Shown here: in pieces, positions 38,715-49,700 of the stretch | Position numbering within the stretch: the first letter of the stretch is position 1 | Layout of the letters: each line of letters begins with the position of its first letter | Source: Entomortierella parvispora E1425 | Taxonomy: Eukaryota; Fungi; Mortierellomycota | DNA length: 64,000 nt | Reading direction: 5' to 3' | NCBI GenBank assembly: GCA_020891255.1 | Contig: BQFW01000009.1 | Location: 558,001-622,000 of the forward strand | The notes under the pieces: generated by a model | The model's input: only the letters and a program-made list of their open reading frames with translations | Database searches by the model: none | Told to the model about the DNA's origin: nothing | Made by a program: the position numbers and the translations under genes

Positions 38715-40211
38715 ATGGCTGTCCGTACGTAACACTCGCTACTCTTTCTAATGCAGGAACTCGGGATACATTCAGAGTGTTAAGCACATCCATTTCCCAA
38801 GACGGATCATTCATGGCTGCTTGATGAAATAGCGACGTCAAGGCTCAACCTAGAGCTTTGCTGGACAGACAGGCAGGGAGACGATCAGGGAACCCTTTTC
38901 TTTGACAGGAATGGAGAATGTCAACGTGGACACGTCCTCATACTGCCCGAGGACAGAGAGGAATGCATATACAGCCACTCGTTGGGAGAGTGACCGTGCT
39001 CCTTCCGAGGCTCCTACTTAGGCTCCTACTTAAGCAAACGAGTATTCTATCCTCGGTTGGACAGGCCGACGCCGCCTTTTTTGAATCCTTTTTTTTCTTT
39101 ACAGGAGTGATGTTTTGACGTTTCATCGCCTTGGAAAGGCTAAAGTCTCTGTGATAAACCTCACTTGAAAAGAACACCATGCTGACAGAATCTCCTTTGC
39201 CTCCCCTGTTGCCCCATAGGTGCTCAATTCGAAAACAACAACGAGATTGGCGTCTTTGCCATGCTCACTAACAGCTACTGCTTGGTCGCCGTCGGTGGTT
39301 CCGAGAACTTTTACAGGTAACCTATTTGACTGTCGTGCTTGAACATGCCCAATGCTTAATAATGACGGCTTCAATTGCTGGCCCTTTATTCTTTGTTTGC
39401 TTTGTCATCGTTTTTTTATATATTTTTTATGAAGAGCAACATCTGACCTTGGTCCATTTTTTTTAAACCCTTTTATCATGATAGTGTCTTTGAGGCCGAG
39501 TTGAAGGATGTCATCCCCGTTATCCACACCAGCATTGCTGGCACCCGTATCATTGGACGTTTGTGTGTCGGTAACCGTCACGGTCTTTTGGTGCCCTCGA
39601 CCACGACAGATCAGGAGTTGCAACATTTGAGAAACTCTCTCCCAGATTCAGTGGCGATTCAGCGTGTGGAGGAGCGACTCTCGGCGTTGGGTAACGTGAT
39701 TGCCTGCAATGATTACGTTGCGTTGGTGCACCCCGATATCGACAGGGAGACGGAGGAGATCATTGCTGATGTCCTCAAGGTCGAGGTTTTCCGTCAGACC
39801 ATTGCTGATAACGTCCTCGTGGGCTCTTACTGTGCTTTGAGCAACCAGGGTGGTTTGGTGAGTGCGATTTTTTGCGTCTTTCTATTCTGTGAGACTACAG
39901 GACAAATGTCAGATTTGCTAACCATCATATTCACTTCTCTTTCGCAATCACAGGTCCACCCCCGTACCTCTATTCAGGATCAGGATGAGTTGTCATCATT
40001 GCTTCAGGTTCCCTTGGTTGCCGGTACCGTTAACCGTGGTTCGGATGTGATTGGTGCTGGTTTGTTGGTCAACGACTGGTGCGCGTTTGCTGGTTTGGAC
40101 ACTACCTCCACCGAGTTGTCAGTGATTGAGAGCATCTTCAAGCTCCAGGACAACGGCCCCAGCGCCATTGTCGAGGATATGCGTGATGCCCTCGTTGACT
40201 CCTACGTTTAA
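38715..40211 (+). CDS. TIF6: Translation initiation factor 6; exons 38715-38724, 39220-39316, 39485-39857, 39954-40211
   Basis: Spliced [42 protein letters not shown]; [12 protein letters not shown]; [25 protein letters not shown]. Confidence 0.97.
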
Positions 40212-40457
40212 ATTACTCTCCCTTCACCTTTAAACACGCCGACCATTCCCTATCCCCATCTTTCCCCACTTGGCATGAGATAAAAAAACTACCATTCAAA
40301 AAAATCTGACATATTAGACCATTGGTTTGTTTCTTGACTCCACTTTTTCACCTCTTCTCTGTTTTCATATATTTTTTTCATTTTACCTTTTACTTTTACC
40401 ATAGTCAACGACAGGACTTTTTGATTAAAAAAAAGGAACATGCTGTCATTGTTCACC

Positions 40458-40488
<31 letters not shown>

Positions 40489-40744
40489 CTGAGAAAAATG
40501 CGGTGGTGACAGGCGAGACTCACTACGACGTGGTAGTTGGCAAACATTGCACCATGTCCTGCACACCCCCTCGTATCAATCACGCGTTATTGACGCGTTT
40601 GTCCTTTATTTCTTTGCTGATTGAGCAGACATCCTCTTCCCATGCTGGGTAACCAAAGGGACAGCAGCTAAGTCAGGTCAAAGGACAAGAGATGCTTGAT
40701 GTGCAAAGTGCAGGGGCCTTTGACGATGGAACTGGCAAAGCTGA

Positions 40745-40970
40745 TATATAAGCAACTAAGATCCACAGAAGCGTGCTCCTTCTCCTTTCTCTCCTTTCTC
40801 TCATTTCTACCTCAAATTCCACAGTACAGGTAAGTCTTCTATTCCAAGTCCATAAACTCACTCAAGAGGTGCTCGTTTGACTGTCTTGATGTTTGTTTGT
40901 TCTAACTGGGGGGAACAACAGGCAAGCTATGTTCCGCTATTATCAGCTATACAACTAACGCTCTCGTCAG
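40745..40970 (+). promoter_or_regulatory. TATA box, CT-rich leader and 5'-UTR intron upstream of the PilV-like ORF
   Basis: TATATAA 40745-40751; pyrimidine tract ~40776-40810; donor GTAAGT 40830; branch CTAAC at 40902 and 40955; acceptors CAG ending 40921 and 40970. Confidence 0.65.
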
Positions 40971-40989
40971 TATTTCAAAACAAATAACG

Positions 40990-41517
40990 ATGCGTTTATG
41001 TTTGCTAATGGCAGAGTTGATAGTTACTTCTGCTGCAGTTGCAGCACCTGTCCAGTTCAGATTATCATCTGAAAACAATCAGGATGTGACTATACTCGGT
41101 GAGGTCTCTATCAGCGGCAGCCTCCAAGTGTCGGGTCGCATTGCGACTGATGAGTTTCTCCAAATCAATGGAGTTTCTGTTGAAGGTGACGCCTGCTCTT
41201 CGAATGGGCTTATTGGAAAAACTGGCGAAGGACAGATCATCTCCTGCGAAGAGAGCGTGTGGCGCAACCCCAATCCAAAATTCACCACAACAGTCCGAGA
41301 GGCCACTAGTCAACCAATATATCGTTTTCCGTCGGCCACGGTAGCATGTGCCTCTAACGAGCAAGTCGTTGGAGGAGGAGGATGGTGTACCCAGCCGCCC
41401 GGTTATATTTGGGTAATTGCGTCCCGACCGCATTCGAACGGCTGGGAGGTGTTATGTGATGGAGGTATGAAACACACATGGGGTACGGCAACTGCATACG
41501 CGATTTGTGCCTCGTAG
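40990..41517 (+). CDS. Secreted 175-aa protein resembling the C-terminal part of the bacterial shufflon pilus-tip adhesin PilV (end of constant region + one variable-type domain); candidate horizontal transfer
   Basis: Residues 49-91 GRIATDEFLQINGVSVEGDACSSNGLIGKTGEGQIISCEESVW fit the PilV constant-region end (G-R-x-x-T-x-E-Y/F-L-Q...C-S-x-N-G-L-V/I-G...G-x-I-L/I-S-C-x-x-x-x-W). Cys-rich tail CASNEQVVGGGGWC...SRP..NGW...ATAYAIC. Signal-peptide-like N-terminus; intronless CDS. Confidence 0.8.
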   Translation: MRLCLLMAELIVTSAAVAAPVQFRLSSENNQDVTILGEVSISGSLQVSGRIATDEFLQINGVSVEGDACSSNGLIGKTGEGQIISCEESVWRNPNPKFTTTVREATSQPIYRFPSATVACASNEQVVGGGGWCTQPPGYIWVIASRPHSNGWEVLCDGGMKHTWGTATAYAICAS

Positions 41518-41765
41518 AACAAAGCATCGTCTCCAGCAATCCTTTTTGCAGCCACTCGTAAAAACCGCCGGGCCACGATGGTGACAACTCGGGTCAATCG
41601 ATTCATTTGAGCAGCACAAACACTCTCAATCAACTCTAACGGACGTGATCAGTCCATTGCCCCACCAGATAGCAAATCCTCAACCCAACATTTCGTCCAG
41701 TAACTCGAATACACATACTTTACCACCTTGAATCCTAGAATATCTTGTCCTCTCTTTGTCCATAG

Positions 41766-42198
41766 GGGCTATGCACCTTGATGGAAATAAAAGGTTGCAT
41801 TTAATCGGTTGACAGATCCAACTACAGCGATGATATGGCCAGCATGGCATGCTTGATTTGTGGACTCTTGCTCACACCGTCTATGGGATATTTGGGGGAG
41901 GGTAAAGTCAGACTGAGATTTAAATTGCAGACCGTGTCTATCACGCGATACTGACACGGTTCGTTCTACCCATCTCTTTCCTCCATCTCGCTTCACCCTA
42001 GTTCCATTGGTCTGCTCCCAGTTGTTACAGCGCAAGTGGTCGGTTTGAACGTCTTGTCAGGAACCTTGGCAATCCTGTACTGTGGAGAGGTGCTTGAAAA
42101 CCAGCAACACGGACAATAGCAAGATCGTTGACCTAGGAGCCTTTTTTGTCGCGTTGATCCGTTTACAATTGAACAAAAGGCTGTTTGCAATCGTTTGA
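41766..42198 (+). pseudogene. Relic of a third MCT-type MFS paralog (degraded exons 2 and 3 only)
   Basis: MASMACL..WTLAHT..VYGIFGGG then GTAAAG donor (41902); acceptor 42001 then SIGLLPVVTAQVVGLNVLSGTLAILYCGEVL, QHGQ*, GAFFVALIRLQLNKRLFAIV*. Collinear with the neighbouring paralogs, with the same phase-2 intron, deletions and frameshifts. Confidence 0.85.
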
Positions 42199-42872
42199 TA
42201 ATACACAGCAGGTAATGTGAGTAGAGAAGGGATTCCATAATATGACACATACCTACAGGTAAAAGTAGTGTGGAGAGGGTGTACCCGGCTTAGGGCCATA
42301 GAACATGGAGAACAGGGGCTGCTGGACGATACCGGGGATACTCTGAGTCCATCCAAACTTTCCTCGCATCAAGGTTGGGGTTGATACAACCATGTGGGAT
42401 GAATTACCGTCCTCTGTCGGGAGAAGTTGAGCCGTGGTGAAGCCTGAACGAATGAATAAAACGCGTGGCTGTCAGACTCAACAAAAAAAAAAAGAGCATT
42501 TAATCCCTCGGATATTCGGGTGGCGGTTCCCAGAGAAGTCCTAACAACACCTACCGCGTGATCCAAGAGAGGGGTCAGTCGTTGATTTCGTCAGTTCAAG
42601 ATCATGATAGAAATGGAAGGAGAGAGAGGGGAGGAGCGAAAAAAGGAGGTGGACCAACCAAGCGCAAGTACAAGGGCCCGCAAAAAGAAGAGCAACGAAG
42701 AAAGAACCACCCACCAGAGGTGCCGGCTCAACGATCCCTCCTGAGACACTTTTTTTTTGGCGGACCCTGCCCCAGGAGAGGGTTCTCTTCCTTCATTATT
42801 GCCCCTCCTTCATACGTCTTCCTTCTCTCTTTCGACTAAACTTTCAGCCTCCCATCCTCGTCGTCCATTCCC

Positions 42873-44452
42873 ATGCCAGCGTTACTCGCCTCCAATCCTA
42901 GCTCCGAAGGAATAGATGTTGTTGACGATGCAAGCGCTTTTGAAGTCAACGTGGAGGCAGCCTCAATCAAGACTGAGCGGGAACAGGAGGAATCTGTAGA
43001 GGACTTTCCCGAGGGTGGCTTTGGCTGGTGGGTGGTAGTCGCCTCCTTTGCCATCAACTTTTTCACACTTGGACTCACCTCGACCTTTGGGGTGTACCAA
43101 GCTCATTTCTTGGCCGTCCACGCCTTTCACAACGCTTCAGACACCTCCATTTCCTGGGTGGGCCCCATAGCTTCTGGCTGTGTCTTCCTTCCAGGTCCAT
43201 TTATTGAACCTCTCATGTCTGTCTTTGGTCTCAAACCGTTGGTGTTCATCGGGATACTAGCTTGTTCTGTGGCTTTTATTCTCGCCAGTTTTGCACGCGA
43301 ACTCTGGGAGCTCCATATGACGCAGGGGTTCCTATTTGGCATTGGAGCAGGTCTTTGTTACTTGAGCACCGTATCACTAGCATCTCAATATTTTGACAGG
43401 AAGCGCGGCCTGGCGAATGGTATCTCAGTCGCAGGAGCAGGCATTGGGACGTTAGTCATGGCGCCATTGACGCATGAGATGATTGCAAGAGTGGGCATTC
43501 CATGGTGTCAACGGATCGTGGGGATCTGTATGTTTGGATGCTTGATGGCGGTGTTGCCGCTGATCCGACCCAGATTCAAGTTATTGGAGAGAGGAAGTAA
43601 CGCCAGCGGACATGAATACGGTGCAGTCGTACGACGACCGTACTTTGATTGGAGATTGCTCATCATCCCGCGGTTCAATTGGTTGTGCCTCTTTGCATTC
43701 ACGATGGCGTTTGGTAAGGGACAGATCAGATTCCCCTTTGTCGTGCACTGTCCAGGTAATGGTCAATGCTGACTGTTCGACTGACGTAACTGCTGCTCTC
43801 CGTTTTTTTTTTTTAGGATTTTTGGTACCTGTCTTCATGATCCCCCCTTACAGTCGATTTTATTTACAGCAACTTCCTGGGACAGGAGCCGATTTGCTCA
43901 GTCTCTATGCTGCCGTCAATGCCATCTCCAGAGTCCTCGTTGGCCTCGTCTCGGATCGCGTAGGCAGAACCAACAGTTTATTCATTTGCACGTTCATGTG
44001 TGGGGTGTCTTGTTTGGCTATCTGGTCCTTCGCGTCCACTGTGGGAATCATGGCGCTGTTTGTTTCATTTTACGGCTTTTTCAGCGGCGGGTAAGTGGAT
44101 GAAAGACTAGCAACTCGTTACATAGGCCATTGACTGTTTCGCCTTGCTGACACAACGTTCCATTGCTTCCTTGTCGTTTTTTGGGGGAAAAAGTCTGACG
44201 AGTATGATACCTGCTGTAACGGCCCAGGTGGTAGGCGTTGAGAAGCTACCAGGGGCCCTCGGGATTATCTACTTTGCTCAGATCTTGGGCTATGTCTTGG
44301 GGTCACCGATCGCGAGCACCATCCGACGATCTGGTGATCGACACAATCCTGTAGGTTCTATTATTTGGGCGGGAACCGCACCCTTGATCGCTTCACTCTT
44401 TGTTCTGGTGATTCGGTTCCAGACGAACAGACGATTGTTCGCGTTTGTGTGA
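42873..44452 (+). CDS. MFS monocarboxylate-transporter family protein (MCT/Mch-like), copy 1; exons 42873-43713, 43817-44090, 44194-44452
   Basis: FPEGGFGWWVVVASF, SQYFDRKRGLANGI, GLVSDRVGRTN; 12-TM hydrophobic pattern. Confidence 0.9.
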
Positions 44453-45051
44453 AAGAGAGAAAGAAGGGTCCCACACAAAAGTGCCGTCCCAAGTAAAGAC
44501 AAGCAGTGTAGATACCCCCAAAACAAACAAACAAAAGAAAAAGAATGAACGCTGTGTTGCTCTCTCGCCTTGCAAAATGGGGGACATTTGGAATCTGCCC
44601 ACGCATTATTGTTTGGACGAGCGAAAGAGTGGTGAGTGATGAGTGGTGTGTGCTCTTTCTTATCTATGCAGGTAGATCAGATCGACAGAGCCCTGGCGCA
44701 TCCTCACTCGGCCTTTTTGTTTCCTTCTCTGCACTTTCCTTTCTTCCCATTGGGTTGGCTGCTCTTTGGGCGTAAAAAAAAAAGACAAAATAATAGCGCG
44801 CAGTGCGCTTTAAACACTTTGGCGGATGATTCATCGCTTTTCTTGAAAGAGGCAAACAAAGGTTGATTCACCCGCACTTCTCATCCGCCCATTCGCCTGC
44901 CTGTTGGCCTTGCCCGCTCAGGCCCCAGTAAGGCACGGTCTCTGTTATCCTCTTTTGGAGACAACGACCCCCCATGACAACCACTACTTTTTTGTCTTTT
45001 TGTCTCTTCAATTGCAAAACAGTTCGTTCCGGAACCATCACTATCTCACTA

Positions 45052-46636
45052 ATGACAACCATCACCCCTTCTTCAGAGAATGAGAAGCAGGAAGCGATAC
45101 CACAAAGCACGGAAACCCACCCTGACAAAGAGTCGATCAGTCCAGGGGAGCAAAAAGCAATTAGTGCCACCTCCACTCTTGTCGAACCCGATGTCTTGAA
45201 GGATTTTCCCGAAGGCGGATTCGGCTGGTTGGTAGTTTTGGCCTCGTTTGTGATTTACTTTTGGACGTTTGGACTCAACAGCACCTTTGGTGTTTTCCAA
45301 GCTCATTTCCTCCGGGTGGGGGCCTTTAACCATGCCACAGAGGCCGATCTCTCTTGGGTGGGGTCTTTGGCTGCAGGCGTCGTTTTTCTTCCAGGACCGT
45401 TTATCAACACGCTGATCCGTCACCTTGGACTATATACCTTGGTCATTGTGGGGACCTTGTCTTGTTCTTTAGGATTCATCTTGGCCAGTTTTGCAACCCA
45501 GCTCTGGCAATTGTATTTGACCCAGGGTCTGCTCTTTGGTTTGGGCGGAGGCATGGTGTTTCTCTCGACCATCTCCATGACGTCTCAATACTTTAACAAG
45601 CGACGGGGCTTTGCAAACGGGATCGTGGTCTCGGGTTCTGGGCTCGGGGGTCTGGTCCTGGCACCGTTGACGAATCTGTTGATTTCGAAAATGGGCGTTC
45701 AGTGGTGTCAGAGGATCTTGGGGTTCTGCATGTTGGCTTGTCTAGTCGCCATCTTTCCATTTCTTCGACCTAGAGTCAAGACAGTCAAGACAGTCTCTAT
45801 CGTGGATTGGTCCTTGTTCAAAGTCAAAGGATTTGGATGGCTCTGGGCGTTCTCGCTGGTCATGCCTTTTGGTAAAAAAAAAAAAAAAAAAAGGCGAATT
45901 ATCGTGGATGTTGTTCAAGAATGAAATCTGACCTTTGTCCTTGCCACTTTTCTTCTGTTTCTTCCTCAGGCTATATGATCCCAGTCTTCCTGACCCCGAC
46001 CTACAGCAGTTTTATCCTTGGTCAGTCATCGGCGACGGGTGCACAGCTCATCAGCATCTTTGCAGGCGTGAATGCAGCAGCCCGAATTGGCATGGGATTC
46101 GTGTCTGATCATGTGGGGCGTGTCAACACTTTGTTTGTTTGCTGTTTCATGGCCGGGATGGCTTCGTTGGCCATCTGGTCTGTTGCCACGAGTATCACCA
46201 TCTTGACCGTCTTTATGGTTGTCTTTGGAGCCTTTGGAGGAGGGTAAGTTGATCCGCTGTGGCAAACTGGAAAAAAAAAAAGAAAAAAAAAAGTAAAGCC
46301 ATTGAGCCATTGGTATGTCAAGGAGAGCGTATCCGCTCACTTTTGTTGCTCCTTTTGTTTGTTCATTTCCATATCTCCAGGTTCATCAGCATGGTCCCGG
46401 TGGTGACGGCCCAGGTCGTGGGCGTGGAGAGATTAACGGCCGCCCTTGGGATCTTATACTTTGGTCAGATGATCGGTAACCTGTTTGGAGCTCCTATAGC
46501 TACTGCCATCATGAAAGTCCAACACGGGCAATATCTTGGTGCCATCCTGTTTGCAGGACTCGCTCCACTGGTGGCGTCCTTCTTTGTGCTAGTCATTCGC
46601 TTTCAGATGAACAAAAAGGTCTTTGCATTTGTATAA
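45052..46636 (+). CDS. MFS monocarboxylate-transporter family protein, copy 2; exons 45052-45871, 45970-46243, 46381-46636; probable 5'-UTR intron 44928-45022
   Basis: FPEGGFGWLVVLASF, SQYFNKRRGFANGI, GFVSDHVGRVN; intron positions identical to copy 1. The upstream ATG at 44974 lies inside the putative UTR intron. Confidence 0.9.
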
Positions 46637-46798
46637 CAAAACAAGATAGAAACAAACCATGCATCAAAAAGTTCTTCCCAATGATCAGAATCTACTTCTT
46701 CGCAGATCATCTGCACTTTGAGAGTTGTCCGTCCAAAAGTTTTGAAAGAAAATGCCAAAATGTCTATTTTAATTTATATGGTCGTGCATCTCCCCGCA

Positions 46799-49700
46799 CT
46801 ACAATTGTTGTTCCTGATGCTGCAGTGATGGCTGCTGCCTTGACCGTGCGCTCTCTAGAGCCTGTCTCAAGCGTCCGGCCTCCGCAGCCATGTTCTTCTG
46901 GCCAATGACCCTAGGCAAGACCGAATTCAGGGCCCAATCGGCCTCCTCCAACATCTCCGCCGATCCCTCCCGAAGACAGGTATCAATGTACTCACCCAGA
47001 ATGTACTTGTTGATATAGCTCAGGCTTCCTGTTGCTGGGCCTCCGTTCCTAGCCTCGGGCTTGGAGGTTATTGATGATGATGATGGTGATGTTGAAGATG
47101 ACGACGATGATGTTGCGGGTATTGGGTTTTCGATTGATCCATAGGCATTGCCATTGTTGTTCTTGCCCGCCAAATAATGAATCACCTTTTGGGCGTCCAG
47201 CAAACGAGCCCTCGCTCCACCGCCGAATCCAGTTTGCTTCTCCATCTCAATCAGTTCCAGTCTTTCCCTCAGATCTGCCATCACCAACAAGTTCAACATG
47301 GACGCTGTCGATGGAGAGAGTTCAAGTCTTTCGACTAAATGAGCGCCGCTCTCCTTGGCCCTTTGGATTTGGTCCCAGTTTGCCCTCAGCTGCTTATTGG
47401 ATATCCTCTTGACCTCTTCAAAATCCGCCTCGGATGACAAAGGTTGTTCCAAGTTTGCTAGTTGTTCAAGAGCTTCTCGTGTCGAAATGTTCTCCTGGAG
47501 CTTCTTCTCGTTCGAGTCAACAACAGCCTTGAAAATATCTCGTGCTGCAGCAAAGTTCTTTTGTTTCGTCACGAAATACTCCATCAAGAACTCGTGGAGC
47601 CCATTTGAGGGCTCGAGTTCAGCCATCATACCCTGAGATTTCATCGTCTCCAAGAGCTGGTGTCCTTCGTGTTCCAATCCCTCAATCGACAGACAGGCCT
47701 TGACCATGGGGACATACCACTGACTCGTCCTTTGAATATCGCCTGAAGTCGAGTACTGCTGGATAAGCGATCGGGCAGAAATTGGATCCTGCGTGCGGAC
47801 ACAGCAGTTCAAAAGGCCCTCAAAGATCTCGGCCGACACAGGTACTGGTGGTTGCTCCTTTGCCATCTCATAGCGTACTGTTCCCAAAATACCTCTTGCC
47901 AGGTGCTGCTGACCCTGGGAGGCTCCGATCAGTGCCTGGTACAAAGTCGCGTCTCTCTCCACGCCTTGGAGAACCAAATCGTTCCATCGGTTCCAAACCT
48001 GATCAATCCGGTCACCATGGGCAAGACCGACAAGAACGTTAGCCATAGTGATCGAGTCGTGGTATGATTGAACTTGTTCAGCATGCCCATGGTCGTTCGT
48101 TGAGGATCCGAGCGTCCTGCGCATCATATCCTCCACCTTGTAGAGTGCCTCTCTGGCTACGGGATACTCTTGGTTGGAGTATATCCAATGGCTGGCGGTG
48201 AATGGTGAGTGGGAATAGAGACCAAAGCAAGCCTCCACCAGCGGAGCAAAGTCCTGCGGGTTCTTGGCCCTGTACCCTTCGTCCTCGCTGACCATGTCTT
48301 CGTAGACTTTCAGGACTTTCCCAGCGACGGTGCCATCCTCTCGCTTAGGACCAAACTCGCGAGTCCGTGCAATTGTTGTCATCAGAGTGTAGTAGGTGCT
48401 CTTAAGTGGCCTTTGTCCTTGCTCCTTCATGTTGCGGACAATCTTTCCAGCATACTCATCAATCGGCCATTGAGAAGGGCTCAGCAGGTTAAGCTCGCCT
48501 GTAATCTTGACCATTCTGTCATAATCCTCAGCCGTCAACTCAGATTCAGGAATGTTGGCAATGGCATCTTTGGTCTTGTCCCAGATATAAAGAGCCTCCT
48601 TGTACTGCTCACGGCTTAATCGAGTTGGTGTCATAATTCCAGGAAGAACTCCGTCGGGCAAAATGTCGGATCTTCGGTCCTTCTCAATTTTTGAGATATC
48701 GCCCCTGAGTCTCTCCAATGCGACCACGTTCGCGGCCAGCAAGGATCTGTTCAGTTCCACGAAACCAGACTTGTTAGAGTCCGAACGCTGTCCTTTATCC
48801 TGCCAGAGTCTGATCTGTCGCAGAATAGTCTCATAGTCGCCGACCTTGACGAGCTGCTGTCCAAGGGTTACAAGTGGGCTGATTGAAGGAAGTCCATTTG
48901 GTCCGGCTGAAATTGTCGTAATGATTTTCTCGGCTCTCTGCGTCCATCCACATTTGGCCAATGCTTCCGCCAAGATTGAGGAATACTCTGGGTTCTGGAT
49001 TCCTGCGGTTGGGAGTCGAGAGTAGATATCGCTCAAACTAGCCGATGCTCCTGCATTTCCAAAAGCCTAGAAGTAATATGCACGCTGTTAATGACTACTG
49101 TTATAGACACATTCCGACTTGCTCTAGTTCAACTGAAAGTACCTGAACAACGTAAGACCAGAGCTTCTCGTCAATCTGAACGTCAGTAGCCTTTGTCAGT
49201 TGGTTTGCCATCAAAAAGCTGATGGTGTCCAGTTCTGTACGGTATCCAGATTCGGGATCGCGCTTGCCAACGCACTCAAACATGGCTTTCCAGATGTCCT
49301 GATCCAGCTCAACGTTCAGATCTGGCAGTTCCCATTGATCCAGCGACATGATGGCTGGCAAGCGTCCATGTCTGATGGCATCCACCAAAACCCAAAGATC
49401 TTTTTGACCCGACAGACTTTTGTGACTGAACCCAGCGACCTTCAACAGATGAATAAGTGTCTCTCTATCGGGCTGCATCGACGTATTGCCCAAGGAGCTG
49501 GCTTCTCTGCTCATTGCTGTGAGAATTCCAATGGCGCTGTTAAGAGGATCCAGAGTTGTATCAGCCACCGTGGTGCCCTCAGTAGCGAGCGGGGCAAACG
49601 CTTTGGGCGAGTCTGCAAGAGTCTTCAACAAGAAATGGTACACGTCCTTGGAAGCATTTGCCTGAGCTGGTGTGGATTGAAGGGCGATGCATGCTTGTTG

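Noticed and set aside
41244-41262. Active shufflon recombination (sfx) site at the SC..W junction of the PilV-like ORF
   Set aside because: The sequence CTGCGAAGAGAGCGTGTGG keeps only part of the R64 sfx repeat as I recall it (GTGCCAATCCGG..GTGG). No second copy, inverted cassette or Rci-like recombinase is in the window.
40640-42560. Bacterial contaminant contig joined into the assembly
   Set aside because: Only one bacterial-like ORF, flanked by a TATA box, spliceosomal signals and a fungal MFS relic; no operon. Read-level confirmation is still advisable.
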